From the human T2T-CHM13v2.0 reference genome, Homo sapiens: a stretch of DNA of 64,000 nucleotides. Where the stretch lies: NCBI RefSeq assembly GCF_009914755.1, contig NC_060928.1, one strand, 5' to 3'. Under the pieces are notes generated by a model. The model made no database searches. It saw only the letters and a list, made by a program, of their open reading frames with translations, and was not told the origin of the DNA. Position numbers and translations under genes: made by a program. Positions 1 to 11,725 of the stretch are shown here, piece after piece. Position 1 is the first letter of the stretch; every line of letters starts with the position of its first letter.

Positions 1-141
1 AAAACTAGACAGAAGCATTCTCAGAAACTTGTTTGTGATGTGTGTATTCAACTAACAGAGTTGAACTTTTGTTTTTACAGAGCCGTTTTAAAACACTCTT
101 TTTGTGGAATCAGAAAGTGGATATTCGGATGGCTCTGAGGA

Positions 142-158
142 TTTCGTTGGAAGCGGGA
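142..158 (+). other. CENP-B box, intact (m1 type; representative of ~8 intact boxes per 19-mer, in m1, m4, m6, m10, m11, m13, m15, m17)
   Basis: TTTCGTTGGAAGCGGGA matches the nine essential positions nTTCGnnnnAnnCGGGn. Confidence 0.92.
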
Positions 159-479
159 TTACATATAAAATCTAGAGAGAAGCATTCTCAGGAACTTCTT
201 TGTGATGTTTGCATTGAAGTCACAGAATTGAACATTCACTTTGATAGAGCAGGTTTGAAACACTCATTCTGTAGTATCTGGAACTGGACATTTCAAGCGC
301 TTTCAGGCCTATGGTGAGAAAGGAAATATCTTCGAATAAAAACTAGACAGAAGCATCCTCAGAAACTTATTTGTGATGTGTGTCCTCAACTAACAGAGTT
401 GAAACTTTGTTTTGATACAGCATTTTGGAAACACTCTTTTTGTAGAATCTGCAGGTGGATATTTGGATAGCTTAGAGGG

Positions 480-496
480 ATTCGTTGGAAAGGGGA
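480..496 (+). other. Degenerate CENP-B box (m3 type), predicted non-binding
   Basis: ATTCGTTGGAAAGGGGA: the essential CGGG is changed to GGGG in all full m3 copies. Confidence 0.8.
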
Positions 497-649
497 TATC
501 TTCATATAAAATCTAGACAGAAGCATTCTCAGAAACTTATTTGTGATGTGTGTCCTCAACTAACAGAGTTGAACCTTGGTTTTGATACAGCATTTTGGAA
601 ACACTCCTTTTGTAGAATCTGCAGGTGGATATGTGGATAGCTCTGAAGA

Positions 650-666
650 TTTCGTTGGAAACGGGA
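650..666 (+). other. CENP-B box, intact (m4 type)
   Basis: TTTCGTTGGAAACGGGA, the canonical motif. Confidence 0.93.
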
Positions 667-819
667 ATTTCTTCATATAAAATCAAACAGAAGCATTCTG
701 AGAAACTTCTCAGTGATGTTTGCATTCAGCTCATGGAGTTGAACACTTCCTTTCATAGAACCGGTTTGAAACACTCTTTCTGCACTACCTGGAAGAGGAC
801 ATTTCGAGCGCTTTGAGTC

Positions 820-840
820 CTATGGTGAAAAAGGAAATAT
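820..840 (+). other. A-type monomer pJalpha-box region (representative; m2, m5, m7, m9, m12, m14, m16, m19)
   Basis: ctatggtgaaaaaggaaatat occupies the position held by the CENP-B box in B-type monomers. Confidence 0.75.
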
Positions 841-2007
841 CTTCTCATAAAAACCAGAAAGAAGCATTCTCAGAAACTTCTTTGTGTTGTGTGTACTCAA
901 GTAACAGTGTTGAACCTTCCTTTTGACAGAGCAGTTTTGAAACACTCTTTTGGTAGAATCTGCAAGTGGATATTTGGATAGCTTTGAGGATTTCGTTGGA
1001 AACGGGATGACATATAATATCTAGAGAGAAGCATTCTCAGGAACTTCTTTGTGATGTTTGCATTCAAGTCACAGAATTGAACATTCCCTTTCATAGAGCA
1101 GGTTTGAAACACTCTTTCTCTAGTATCTGGAAGAGGGCATTTCAAGCGCTTTCAGGCCTATGGAGAGAAAGGAAATACCTTCAAATTAAAACTAGACAGA
1201 AGCATTCTCAGAAACTTATTTGTGATGTGTGTCCTCAACTAACAGAGTTGAACCTTGGTTTTGATACAGCATTTTGGAAACGCTCGTTTTGTAGAATCTG
1301 CAGGTGGATATGTGGATAGCTCTGAAGATTTCGTTGGAAACGGGAATTTCTTCATATAAAATCAAACAGAAGCATTCTCAGAAACTTCTCAGTGATGTTT
1401 GCATTCAGCTCATGGAGTTGAACACTTCCTTTCATAGAACCGGTTTGAAACACTCTTTCTGCACTACCTGGAAGAGGACATTTCGAGCGCTTTGAGTCCT
1501 ATGGTGAAAAAGGAAATATCTTCTCATAAAAACCAGAAAGAAGCATTCTCAGAAACTTCTTTGTGTTGTGTGTACTCATGTAACAGTGTTGAACCATCCT
1601 TTTGACAGAGCAGTTTTGAAACACTCTTTTTGTAGAATCTGCAAGTGGATATTTGGATAGCTTTGAGGATTTCGTTGGAAACGGGATGACATATAATATC
1701 TAGAGAGAAGCATTCTCAGGAACTTCTTTGTGATGTTTGCATTCAAGTCACAGAATTGAACATTCCCTTTCATAGAGCAGGTTTGAAACACTCTTTCTCT
1801 AGTATCTGGAAGTGGGCATTTCAAGCGCTTTCAGGCCTATGGAGAGAAAGGAAATACCTTCAAATAAAAACTAGACAGAAGCATTCTCAGAAACTTATTT
1901 GTGATGTGTGTCCTCAACTAACAGAGTTGAACCTTTGTTTTGATACAGCATTTTGGAAACACTCCTTTTGTAGAATCTGCAGGTGGATATTTGGATAACT
2001 TTGAAGA

Positions 2008-2024
2008 TTTCATTGGAAACCGGA
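2008..2024 (+). other. Degenerate CENP-B box (m8 type), predicted non-binding
   Basis: TTTCATTGGAAACCGGA: CGGG>CCGG in all m8 copies, plus TTCG>TTCA in the 23/27-mer units. Confidence 0.8.
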
Positions 2025-3710
2025 ATATCTTCATATAAAATCAAGACAGAAGCATTCTCGGAAACATCTCTGTGATGTTTGCATTCAACTCAGTAGAGTT
2101 GAACACTTCCTTTCATAGAGCAGGTTTGAAACACTCTTTCTGCACTACCTGGAAGCGGACATTTCGAGCGCTTTGAGGCCTATGGTGAAAAAGGAAATAT
2201 CTTCTCATAAAAACCAGAAAGAAGCATTCTCAGAAACTTCTTTGTGTTGTGTGTACTCAAGTAACAGTGTTGAACCTTCCTTTTGACACAGCAGTTTTGA
2301 AACACTCTTTTGGTAGAATCTGCAAGTGGATATTTGGATAGCTTTGAGGATTTCGTTGGAAACGGGTTATCTTCATATAAAATCCAGACAGGAGCATTCT
2401 CAGAAACTTCTTTGTGCTGCATGTCCTCAATTCACAGAGCTGAACCTTTGTTTGGATACAGCATTTTGGAAACATTCCTTTAGTAGAATCTGCAAGTTGA
2501 TATTTAGATAGCTTTGAAGATTTCGTTGGAAACGGGAATATCTTCATAGAAAATCTAGACGGAAGCATTCTCAGAAACTGCTTTGTGATGTTTGCATTCA
2601 AGTCACAGAGTTGAATATTCCCTTTTATAGAGTAGGTTTGAAACACTCTTTCGGCACTACCTGGAAGTGGATATTTCGAGCTCTTTGAGGCCTATGGTTA
2701 AAAGGAAATATCTTCCCATAAAAACTAGACAGAAGCCGTCTCAGAAACTTGTTTGTGATGTGTGTATTCAACTAACAGAGTTGAACATTTCTGCTACAGA
2801 GCAATTTTAAAACACTCTTTTTGTGGAATCTGAAAGTGGATAATTGGATAGCTTTGTGGATTTCGTTGGAAACGGGATGACGTATAAAATCTAGAGAGAA
2901 GCATTCTCAGGAACTTCTTTGTGATGTTTGCATTCAAGTCACAGAATTGAACATTCCCTTTCATAGAGCAGGTTTGAAACACTCTTTCTCTAGTATCTGG
3001 AAGTGGGCATTTCAAGCGCTTTCAGGCCTATGGAGAGAAAGGAAATACCTTCAAATAAAAACTAGACAGAAGCATTCTCAGAAACTTATTTGTGATGTGT
3101 GTCCTCAACTAACAGAGTTGAACCTTTGTTTTGATACAGCATTTTGGAAACACTCCTTTTGTAGGATCTGCAGGTGGATATTTGGATAGATTTTAAGATT
3201 TCGTTGGAAACGGGAGTTTCTTCATAGAAACTCAAGACAGATGCATTCTCAGAAACATCTCTGTGATGTTTGCATTCCACTCATAGATTTGAAAACTTCC
3301 TTTCATAGAGCAGGTTTGAAACACTCTTTTTGTAATATTTGGAAGTGGACATTTGCAGCGCTTTGAGGCCTATGGTGAAAAAGGAAATATCTTCTCATAA
3401 AAACCAGAAACAAGCATTCTCAGAAACTTCTTTTTGATGTGTGTACTCAAGTAACAGAGTTGAACCTTCCTTTTGACACAGCAGTTTTGAAACAATCTTT
3501 TTGTAGAATCTGCAAGTGGATATTTGGATAGCTTTGAGGATTTCGTTGGAAACGGGATATCTTCATATAAAATCTAGACAGAAGCATTCTCAGAAACTTC
3601 TTTGTGCTGTATGTCCTCAATTAACAGAGTTGAACCATTGCTTGGATACAGCATTTTGGAAACATTCCTTGAGTAGAATCTGCAAGTTGATATTTAGATA
3701 GATTTGAAGA

Positions 3711-3727
3711 TTTCGTTGGAAAAGGGA
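3711..3727 (+). other. Degenerate CENP-B box (m18 type), predicted non-binding
   Basis: TTTCGTTGGAAAAGGGA: CGGG>AGGG. Confidence 0.8.
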
Positions 3728-3911
3728 ATATCTCCATATAAAATCTAGAGGGAAGCATTCTCAGAAACTGCTTTGTGATGTTTCCATTCAAGTCACAGAG
3801 TTGAATATTCCCTTTTATAGAGCACGTTTGAAACACTCTTTCTGCACTATCTGGAAGTGGACATTTCGAGCGCTTTGAGGCCTATGGTGAAAAAGGAAAT
3901 ATCTTCCCATA

Positions 3912-6900
3912 AAAACTAGACAGAAGCATTCTCAGAAACTTGTTTGTGATGTGTGTATTCAACTAACAGAGTTGAACTTTTGTTTTTACAGAGCCGTTTT
4001 AAAACACTCTTTTTGTGGAATCAGAAAGTGGATATTCGGATGGCTCTGAGGATTTCGTTGGAAGCGGGATTACATATAAAATCTAGAGAGAAGCATTCTC
4101 AGGAACTTCTTTGTGATGTTTGCATTGAAGTCACAGAATTGAACATTCACTTTGATAGAGCAGGTTTGAAACACTCATTCTGTAGTATCTGGAAGTGGAC
4201 ATTTCAAGCGCTTTCAGGCCTATGGTGAGAAAGGAAATATCTTCGAATAAAAACTAGACAGAAGCATCCTCAGAAACTTATTTGTGATGTGTGTCCTCAA
4301 CTAACAGAGTTGAAACTTTGTTTTGATACAGCATTTTGGAAACACTCTTTTTGTAGAATCTGCAGGTGGATATTTGGATAGCTTAGAGGGATTCGTTGGA
4401 AAGGGGATATCTTCATATAAAATCTAGACAGAAGCATTCTCAGAAACTTATTTGTGATGTGTGTCCTCAACTAACAGAGTTGAACCTTGGTTTTGATACA
4501 GCATTTTGGAAACACTCCTTTTGTAGAATCTGCAGGTGGATATGTGGATAGCTCTGAAGATTTCGTTGGAAACGGGAATTTCTTCATATAAAATCAAACA
4601 GAAGCATTCTCAGAAACTTCTCAGTGATGTTTGCATTCAGCTCATGGAGTTGAACACTTCCTTTCATAGAGCCGGTTTGAAACACTCTTTCTGCACTACC
4701 TGGAAGAGGACATTTCGAGCGCTTTGAGTCCTATGGTGAAAAAGGAAATATCTTCTCATAAAAACCAGAAAGAAGCATTCTCAGAAACTACTTTGTGTTG
4801 TGTGTACTCATGTAACAGTGTTGAACCATCCTTTTGACAGAGCAGTTTTGAAACACTCTTTTTGTAGAATCTGCAAGTGGATATTTGGATAGCTTTGAGG
4901 ATTTCGTTGGAAACGGGATGACATATAATCTCTAGAGAGAAGCATACTCAGGAACTTCTTTGTGATGTTTGCATTCAAGTCACAGAATTGAACATTCCCT
5001 TTCATAGAGCAGGTTTGAAACACTCTTTCTCTAGTATCTGGAAGTGGGCATTTCAAGCGCTTTCAGGCCTATGGAGAGAAAGGAAATACCTTCAAATAAA
5101 AACTAGACAGAAGCATTCTCAGAAACTTATTTGTGATGTGTGTCCTCAACTAACAGAGTTGAACCTTTGTTTTGATACAGCATTTTGGAAACACTCCTTT
5201 TGTAGAATCTGCAGGTGGATATTTGGATAACTTTGAAGATTTCGTTGGAAACCGGAATATCTTCATATAAAATCAAGACAGAAGCATTCTCGGAAACATC
5301 TCTGTGATGTTTGCATTCAACTCAGTAGAGTTGAACACTTCCTTTCATAGAGCAGGTTTGAAACACTCTTTCTGCACTACCTGGAAGCGGACATTTCGAG
5401 CGCTTTGAGGCCTATGGTGAAAAAGGAAATATCTTCTCATAAAAACCAGAAAGAAGCATTCTCAGAAACTTCTTTGTGTTGTGTGTACTCAAGTAACAGT
5501 GTTGAACCTTCCTTTTGACACAGCAGTTTTGAAACACTCTTTTGGTAGAATCTGCAAGTGGATATTTGGATAGCTTTGAGGATTTCGTTGGAAACGGGTT
5601 ATCTTCATATAAAATCCAGACAGGAGCATTCTCAGAAACTTCTTTGTGCTGCATGTCCTCAATTCACAGAGCTGAACCTTTGTTTGGATACAGCATTTTG
5701 GAAACATTCCTTTAGTAGAATCTGCAAGTTGATATTTAGATAGCTTTGAAGATTTCGTTGGAAACGGGAATATCTTCATAGAAAATCTAGACGGAAGCAT
5801 TCTCAGAAACTGCTTTGTGATGTTTGCATTCAAGTCACAGAGTTGAATATTCCCTTTTATAGAGTAGGTTTGAAACACTCTTTTGGCACTACCTGGAAGT
5901 GGATATTTCGAGCTCTTTGAGGCCTATGGTTAAAAGGAAATATCTTCCCATAAAAACTAGACAGAAGCCGTCTCAGAAACTTGTTTGTGATGTGTGTATT
6001 CAACTAACAGAGTTGAACATTTCTGTTACAGAGCAATTTTAAAACACTCTTTTTGTGGAATCTGAAAGTGGATAATTGGATAGCTTTGTGGATTTCGTTG
6101 GAAACGGGATGACATATAAAATCTAGAGAGAAGCATTCTCAGGAACTTCTTTCTGATGTTTGCATTCAAGTCACAGAATTGAACATTCCTTTTCATAGTG
6201 CAGGTTTGAAACACTCTTTCTGTAGTATCTGGAAGTGGACATTTCAAGCGCTTTCAGGCCTACGGGGAGAAAGGAAATATCTTCAAATAAAAACTAGACA
6301 GAAGGATTCTCAGAAACTTATTTGTGATGTGTGTCCTAAACGAACACAGTTGAACCTTTGTTTTGATACAGCATTTTGGAAACACTCCTTTTGTAGGATC
6401 TGCAGGTGGATATTTGGATAGATTTTAAGATTTCGTTGGAAACGGGAGTTTCTTCATAGAAACTCAAGACAGATGCATTCTCAGAAACATCTCTGTGATG
6501 TTTGCATTCCACTCATAGAGTTGAAAACTTCCTTTCATAGAGCAGGTTTGAAACACTCTTTTTGTAATATTTGGAAGTGGACATTTGCAGCACTTTGAGG
6601 CCTATGGTGAAAAAGGAAATATCTTCTCATAAAAACCAGAAACAAGCATTCTCAGAAACTTCTTTTTGATGTGTGTACTCAAGTAACAGAGTTGAACCTT
6701 CCTTTTGACACAGCAGTTTTGAAACAATCTTTTTGTAGAATCTGCAAGTGGATATTTGGATAGCTTTGAGGATTTCGTTGGAAACGGGATATCTTCATAT
6801 AAAATCTAGACAGAAGCATTCTCAGAAACTTCTTTGTGCTGTATGCCCTCAATTAACAGAGTTGAACCATTGGATACAGCATTTTGGAAACATTCCTTGA

Positions 6901-7139
6901 GTAGAATCTGCAAGTTGATATTTAGATAGATTTGAAGATTTCATTGGAAAAGGGAATATCTCCATATAAAATCTAGAGGGAAGCATTCTCAGAAACTGCT
7001 TTGTGATGTTTCCATTCAAGTCACAGAGTTGAATATTCCCTTTTATAGAGCACGTTTGAAACACTCTTTCTGCACTATCTGGAAGTGGACATTTCGAGCG
7101 CTTTGAGGCCTATGGTGAAAAAGGAAATATCTTCCCATA
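3912..7139 (+). repeat. 19-mer HOR with 4-bp deletion in m18 (3228 bp)
   Basis: Marker spacing 3953->7181 = 3228; aaccattggatac at ~6866-6878 versus the usual aaccattgcttggatac. Confidence 0.93.
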
Positions 7140-10100
7140 AAAACTAGACAGAAGCATTCTCAGAAACTTGTTTGTGATGTGTGTATTCAACTAACAGAGT
7201 TGAACTTTTGTTTTTACAGAGCCGTTTTAAAACACTCTTTTTGTGGAATCAGAAAGTGGATATTCGGATGGCTCTGAGGATTTCGTTGGAAGCGGGATTA
7301 CATATAAAATCTAGAGAGAAGCATTCTCAGGAACTTCTTTGTGATGTTTGCATTGAAGTCACAGAATTGAACATTCACTTTGATAGAGCAGGTTTGAAAC
7401 ACTCATTCTGTAGTATCTGGAACTGGACATTTCAAGCGCTTTCAGGCCTATGGTGAGAAAGGAAATATCTTCGAATAAAAACTAGACAGAAGCATCCTCA
7501 GAAACTTATTTGTGATGTGTGTCCTCAACTAACAGAGTTGAAACTTTGTTTTGATACAGCATTTTGGAAACACTCTTTTTGTAGAATCTGCAGGTGGATA
7601 TTTGGATAGCTTAGAGGGATTCGTTGGAAAGGGGATATCTTCATATAAAATCTAGACAGAAGCATTCTCAGAAACTTATTTGTGATGTGTGTCCTCAACT
7701 AACAGAGTTGAACCTTGGTTTTGATACAGCATTTTGGAAACACTCCTTTTGTAGAATCTGCAGGTGGATATGTGGATAGCTCTGAAGATTTCGTTGGAAA
7801 CGGGAATTTCTTCATATAAAATCAAACAGAAGCATTCTCAGAAACTTCTCAGTGATGTTTGCATTCAGCTCATGGAGTTGAACACTTCCTTTCATAGAAC
7901 CGGTTTGAAACACTCTTTCTGCACTACCTGGAAGAGGACATTTCGAGCGCTTTGAGTCCTATGGTGAAAAAGGAAATATCTTCTCATAAAAACCAGAAAG
8001 AAGCATTCTCAGAAACTTCTTTGTGTTGTGTGTACTCATGTAACAGTGTTGAACCATCCTTTTGACAGAGCAGTTTTGAAACACTCTTTTTGTAGAATCT
8101 GCAAGTGGATATTTGGATAGCTTTGAGGATTTCGTTGGAAACGGGATGACATATAATATCTAGAGAGAAGCATTCTCAGGAACTTCTTTGAGATGTTTGC
8201 ATTCAAGTCACAGAATTGAACATTCCCTTTCATAGAGCAGGTTTGAAACACTCTTTCTCTAGTATCTGGAAGTGGGCATTTCAAGCGCTTTCAGGCCCAT
8301 GGAGAGAAAGGAAATACCTTCAAATAAAAACTAGACAGAAGCATTCTCAGAAACTTATTTGTGATGTGTGTCCTCAACTAACAGAGTTGAACCTTGGTTT
8401 TGATACAGCATTTTGGAAACACTCCTTTTGTAGAATCTGCAGGTGGAAATGTGGATAGCTCTGAAGATTTCGTTGGAAACGGGAATTTCTTCATATAAAA
8501 TCAAACAGAAGCATTCTCAGAAACTTCTCAGTGATGTTTGCATTCAGCTCATGGAGTTGAACACTTCCTTTCATAGAACCGGTTTGAAACACTCTTTCTG
8601 CACTACCTGGAAGAGGACATTTCGAGCGCTTTGAGTCCTATGGTGAAAAAGGAAATATCTTCTCATAAAAACCAGAAAGAAGCATTCTCAGAAACTTCTT
8701 TGTGTTGTGTGTACTCATGTAACAGTGTTGAACCATCCTGTTGACAGAGCAGTTTTGAAACACTCTTTTTGTAGAATCTGCAAGTGGATATTTGGATAGC
8801 TTTGAGGATTTCGTTGGAAACGGGATGACATATAATATCTAGAGAGAAGCATTCTCAGGAACTTCTTTGTGATGTTTGCATTCAAGTCACAGAATTGAAC
8901 ATTCCCTTTCATAGAGCAGGTTTGAAACACTCTTTCTCTAGTATCTGGAAGTGGGCATTTCAAGCGCTTTCAGGCCCATGGAGAGAAAGGAAATACCTTC
9001 AAATAAAAACTAGACAGAAGCATTCTCAGAAACTTATTTGTGATGTGTGTCCTCAACTAACAGAGTTGAACCTTGGTTTTGATACAGCATTTTGGAAACG
9101 CTCCTTTTGTAGAATCTGCAGGTGGATATGTGGATAGCTCCGAAGATTTCGTTGGAAACGGGAATTTCTTCATATAAAATCAAACAGAAGCATTCTCAGA
9201 AACTTCTCAGTGATGTTTGCATTCAGCTCATGGAGTTGAACACTTCCTTTCATAGAACCGGTTTGAAACACTCTTTCTGCACTACCTGGAAGAGGACATT
9301 TCGAGCGCTTTGAGTCCTATGGTGAAAAAGGAAATATCTTCTCATAAAAACCAGAAAGAAGCATTCTCAGAAACTTCTTTGTGTTGTGTGTACTCATGTA
9401 ACAGTGTTGAACCATCCTTTTGACAGAGCAGTTTTGAAACACTCTTTTTGTAGAATCTGCAAGTGGATATTTGGATAGCTTTGAGGATTTCGTTGGAAAC
9501 GGGATGACATATAATATCTAGAGAGAAGCATTCTCAGGAACTTCTTTGTGATGTTTGCATTCAAGTCACAGAATTGAACATTCCCTTTCATAGAGCAGGT
9601 TTGAAACACTCTTTCTCTAGTATCTGGAAGTGGGCATTTCAAGCGCTTTCAGGCCTATGGAGAGAAAGGAAATACCTTCAAATAAAAACTAGACAGAAGC
9701 ATTCTCAGAAACTTATTTGTGATGTGTGTCCTCAACTAACAGAGTTGAACCTTTGTTTTGATACAGCATTTTGGAAACACTCCTTTTGTAGAATCTGCAG
9801 GTGGATATTTGGATAACTTTGAAGATTTCATTGGAAACCGGAATATCTTCATATAAAATCAAGACAGAAGCATTCTCGGAAACATCTCTGTGATGTTTGC
9901 ATTCAACTCAGTAGAGTTGAACACTTCCTTTCATAGAGCCGGTTTGAAACACTCTTTCTGCACTACCTGGAAGCGGACATTTCGAGCGCTTTGAGGCCTA
10001 TGGTGAAAAAGGAAATATCTTCTCATAAAAACCAGAAAGAAGCATTCTCAGAAACTTCTTTGTGTTGTGTGTACTCAAGTAACAGTGTTGAACCTTCCTT

Positions 10101-11725
10101 TTGACACAGCAGTTTTGAAACACTCTTTTGGTAGAATCTGCAAGTGGATATTTGGATAGCTTTGAGGATTTCGTTGGAAACGGGTTATCTTCATATAAAA
10201 TCCAGACAGGAGCATTCTCAGAAACTTCTTTGTGCTGCATGTCCTCAATTCACAGAGCTGAACCTTTGTTTGGATACAGCATTTTGGAAACATTCCTTTA
10301 GTAGAATCTGCAAGTTGATATTTAGATAGCTTTGAAGATTTCGTTGGAAACGGGAATATCTTCATAGAAAATCTAGACGGAAGCATTCTCAGAAACTGCT
10401 TTGTGATGTTTGCATTCAAGTCACAGAGTTGAATATTCCCTTTTATAGAGTAGGTTTGAAACACTCTTTCGGCACTACCTGGAAGTGGATATTTCGAGCT
10501 CTTTGAGGCCTATGGTTAAAAGGAAATATCTTCCCATAAAAACTAGACAGAAGCCGTCTCAGAAACTTGTTTGTGATGTGTGTATTCAACTAACAGAGTT
10601 GAACATTTCTGTTACAGAGCAATTTTAAAACACTCTTTTTGTGGAATCTGAAAGTGGATAATTGGATAGCTTTGTGGATTTCGTTGGAAACGGGATGACA
10701 TATAAAATCTAGAGAGAAGCATTCTCAGGAACTTCTTTCTGATGTTTGCATTCAAGTCACAGAATTGAACATTCCTTTTCATAGTGCAGGTTTGAAACAC
10801 TCTTTCTGTAGTATCTGGAAGTGGACATTTCAAGCGCTTTCAGGCCTACGGGGAGAAAGGAAATATCTTCAAATAAAAACTAGACAGAAGGATTCTCAGA
10901 AACTTATTTGTGATGTGTGTCCTAAACGAACACAGTTGAACCTTTGTTTTGATACAGCATTTTGGAAACACTCCTTTTGTAGGATCTGCAGGTGGATATT
11001 TGGATAGATTTTAAGATTTCGTTGGAAACGGGAGTTTCTTCATAGAAACTCAAGACAGATGCATTCTCAGAAACATCTCTGTGATGTTTGCATTCCACTC
11101 ATAGAGTTGAAAACTTCCTTTCATAGAGCAGGTTTGAAACACTCTTTTTGTAATATTTGGAAGTGGACATTTGCAGCACTTTGAGGCCTATGGTGAAAAA
11201 GGAAATATCTTCTCATAAAAACCAGAAACAAGCATTCTCAGAAACTTCTTTTTGATGTGTGTACTCAAGTAACAGAGTTGAACCTTCCTTTTGACACAGC
11301 AGTTTTGAAACAATCTTTTTGTAGAATCTGCAAGTGGATATTTGGATAGCTTTGAGGATTTCGTTGGAAACGGGATATCTTCATATAAAATCTAGACAGA
11401 AGCATTCTCAGAAACTTCTTTGTGCTGTATGCCCTCAATTAACAGAGTTGAACCATTGGATACAGCATTTTGGAAACATTCCTTGAGTAGAATCTGCAAG
11501 TTGATATTTAGATAGATTTGAAGATTTCATTGGAAAAGGGAATATCTCCATATAAAATCTAGAGGGAAGCATTCTCAGAAACTGCTTTGTGATGTTTCCA
11601 TTCAAGTCACAGAGTTGAATATTCCCTTTTATAGAGCACGTTTGAAACACTCTTTCTGCACTATCTGGAAGTGGACATTTCGAGCGCTTTGAGGCCTATG
11701 GTGAAAAAGGAAATATCTTCCCATA
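7140..11725 (+). repeat. 27-mer HOR variant (4-mer present three times; 4-bp m18 deletion)
   Basis: Marker spacing 4586 = 3232+2x679-4; internal offsets 7764->8443->9122. Confidence 0.93.

Larger units (their letters stand above)
1..3911 (+). repeat. 23-mer HOR variant (19-mer plus 679-bp 4-mer duplication), with m14/m15 conversion tract
   Basis: Marker spacing 42->3953 = 3911 = 3232+679; internal repeat offset 625->1304 = 679. Confidence 0.93.

Noticed and set aside
8-32. Short imperfect dyads and palindromic sites (agaagcattct, tctaga, agcgct) as hairpins or terminators
   Set aside because: The stems are very short and generic to alpha satellite; nothing is specific to this window.
160-345. 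TATAAAA and AATAAA motifs resembling a TATA box and polyadenylation signal
   Set aside because: These are intrinsic parts of the monomer consensus, repeated throughout the array; the sequence alone gives no evidence of promoter or poly(A) function.
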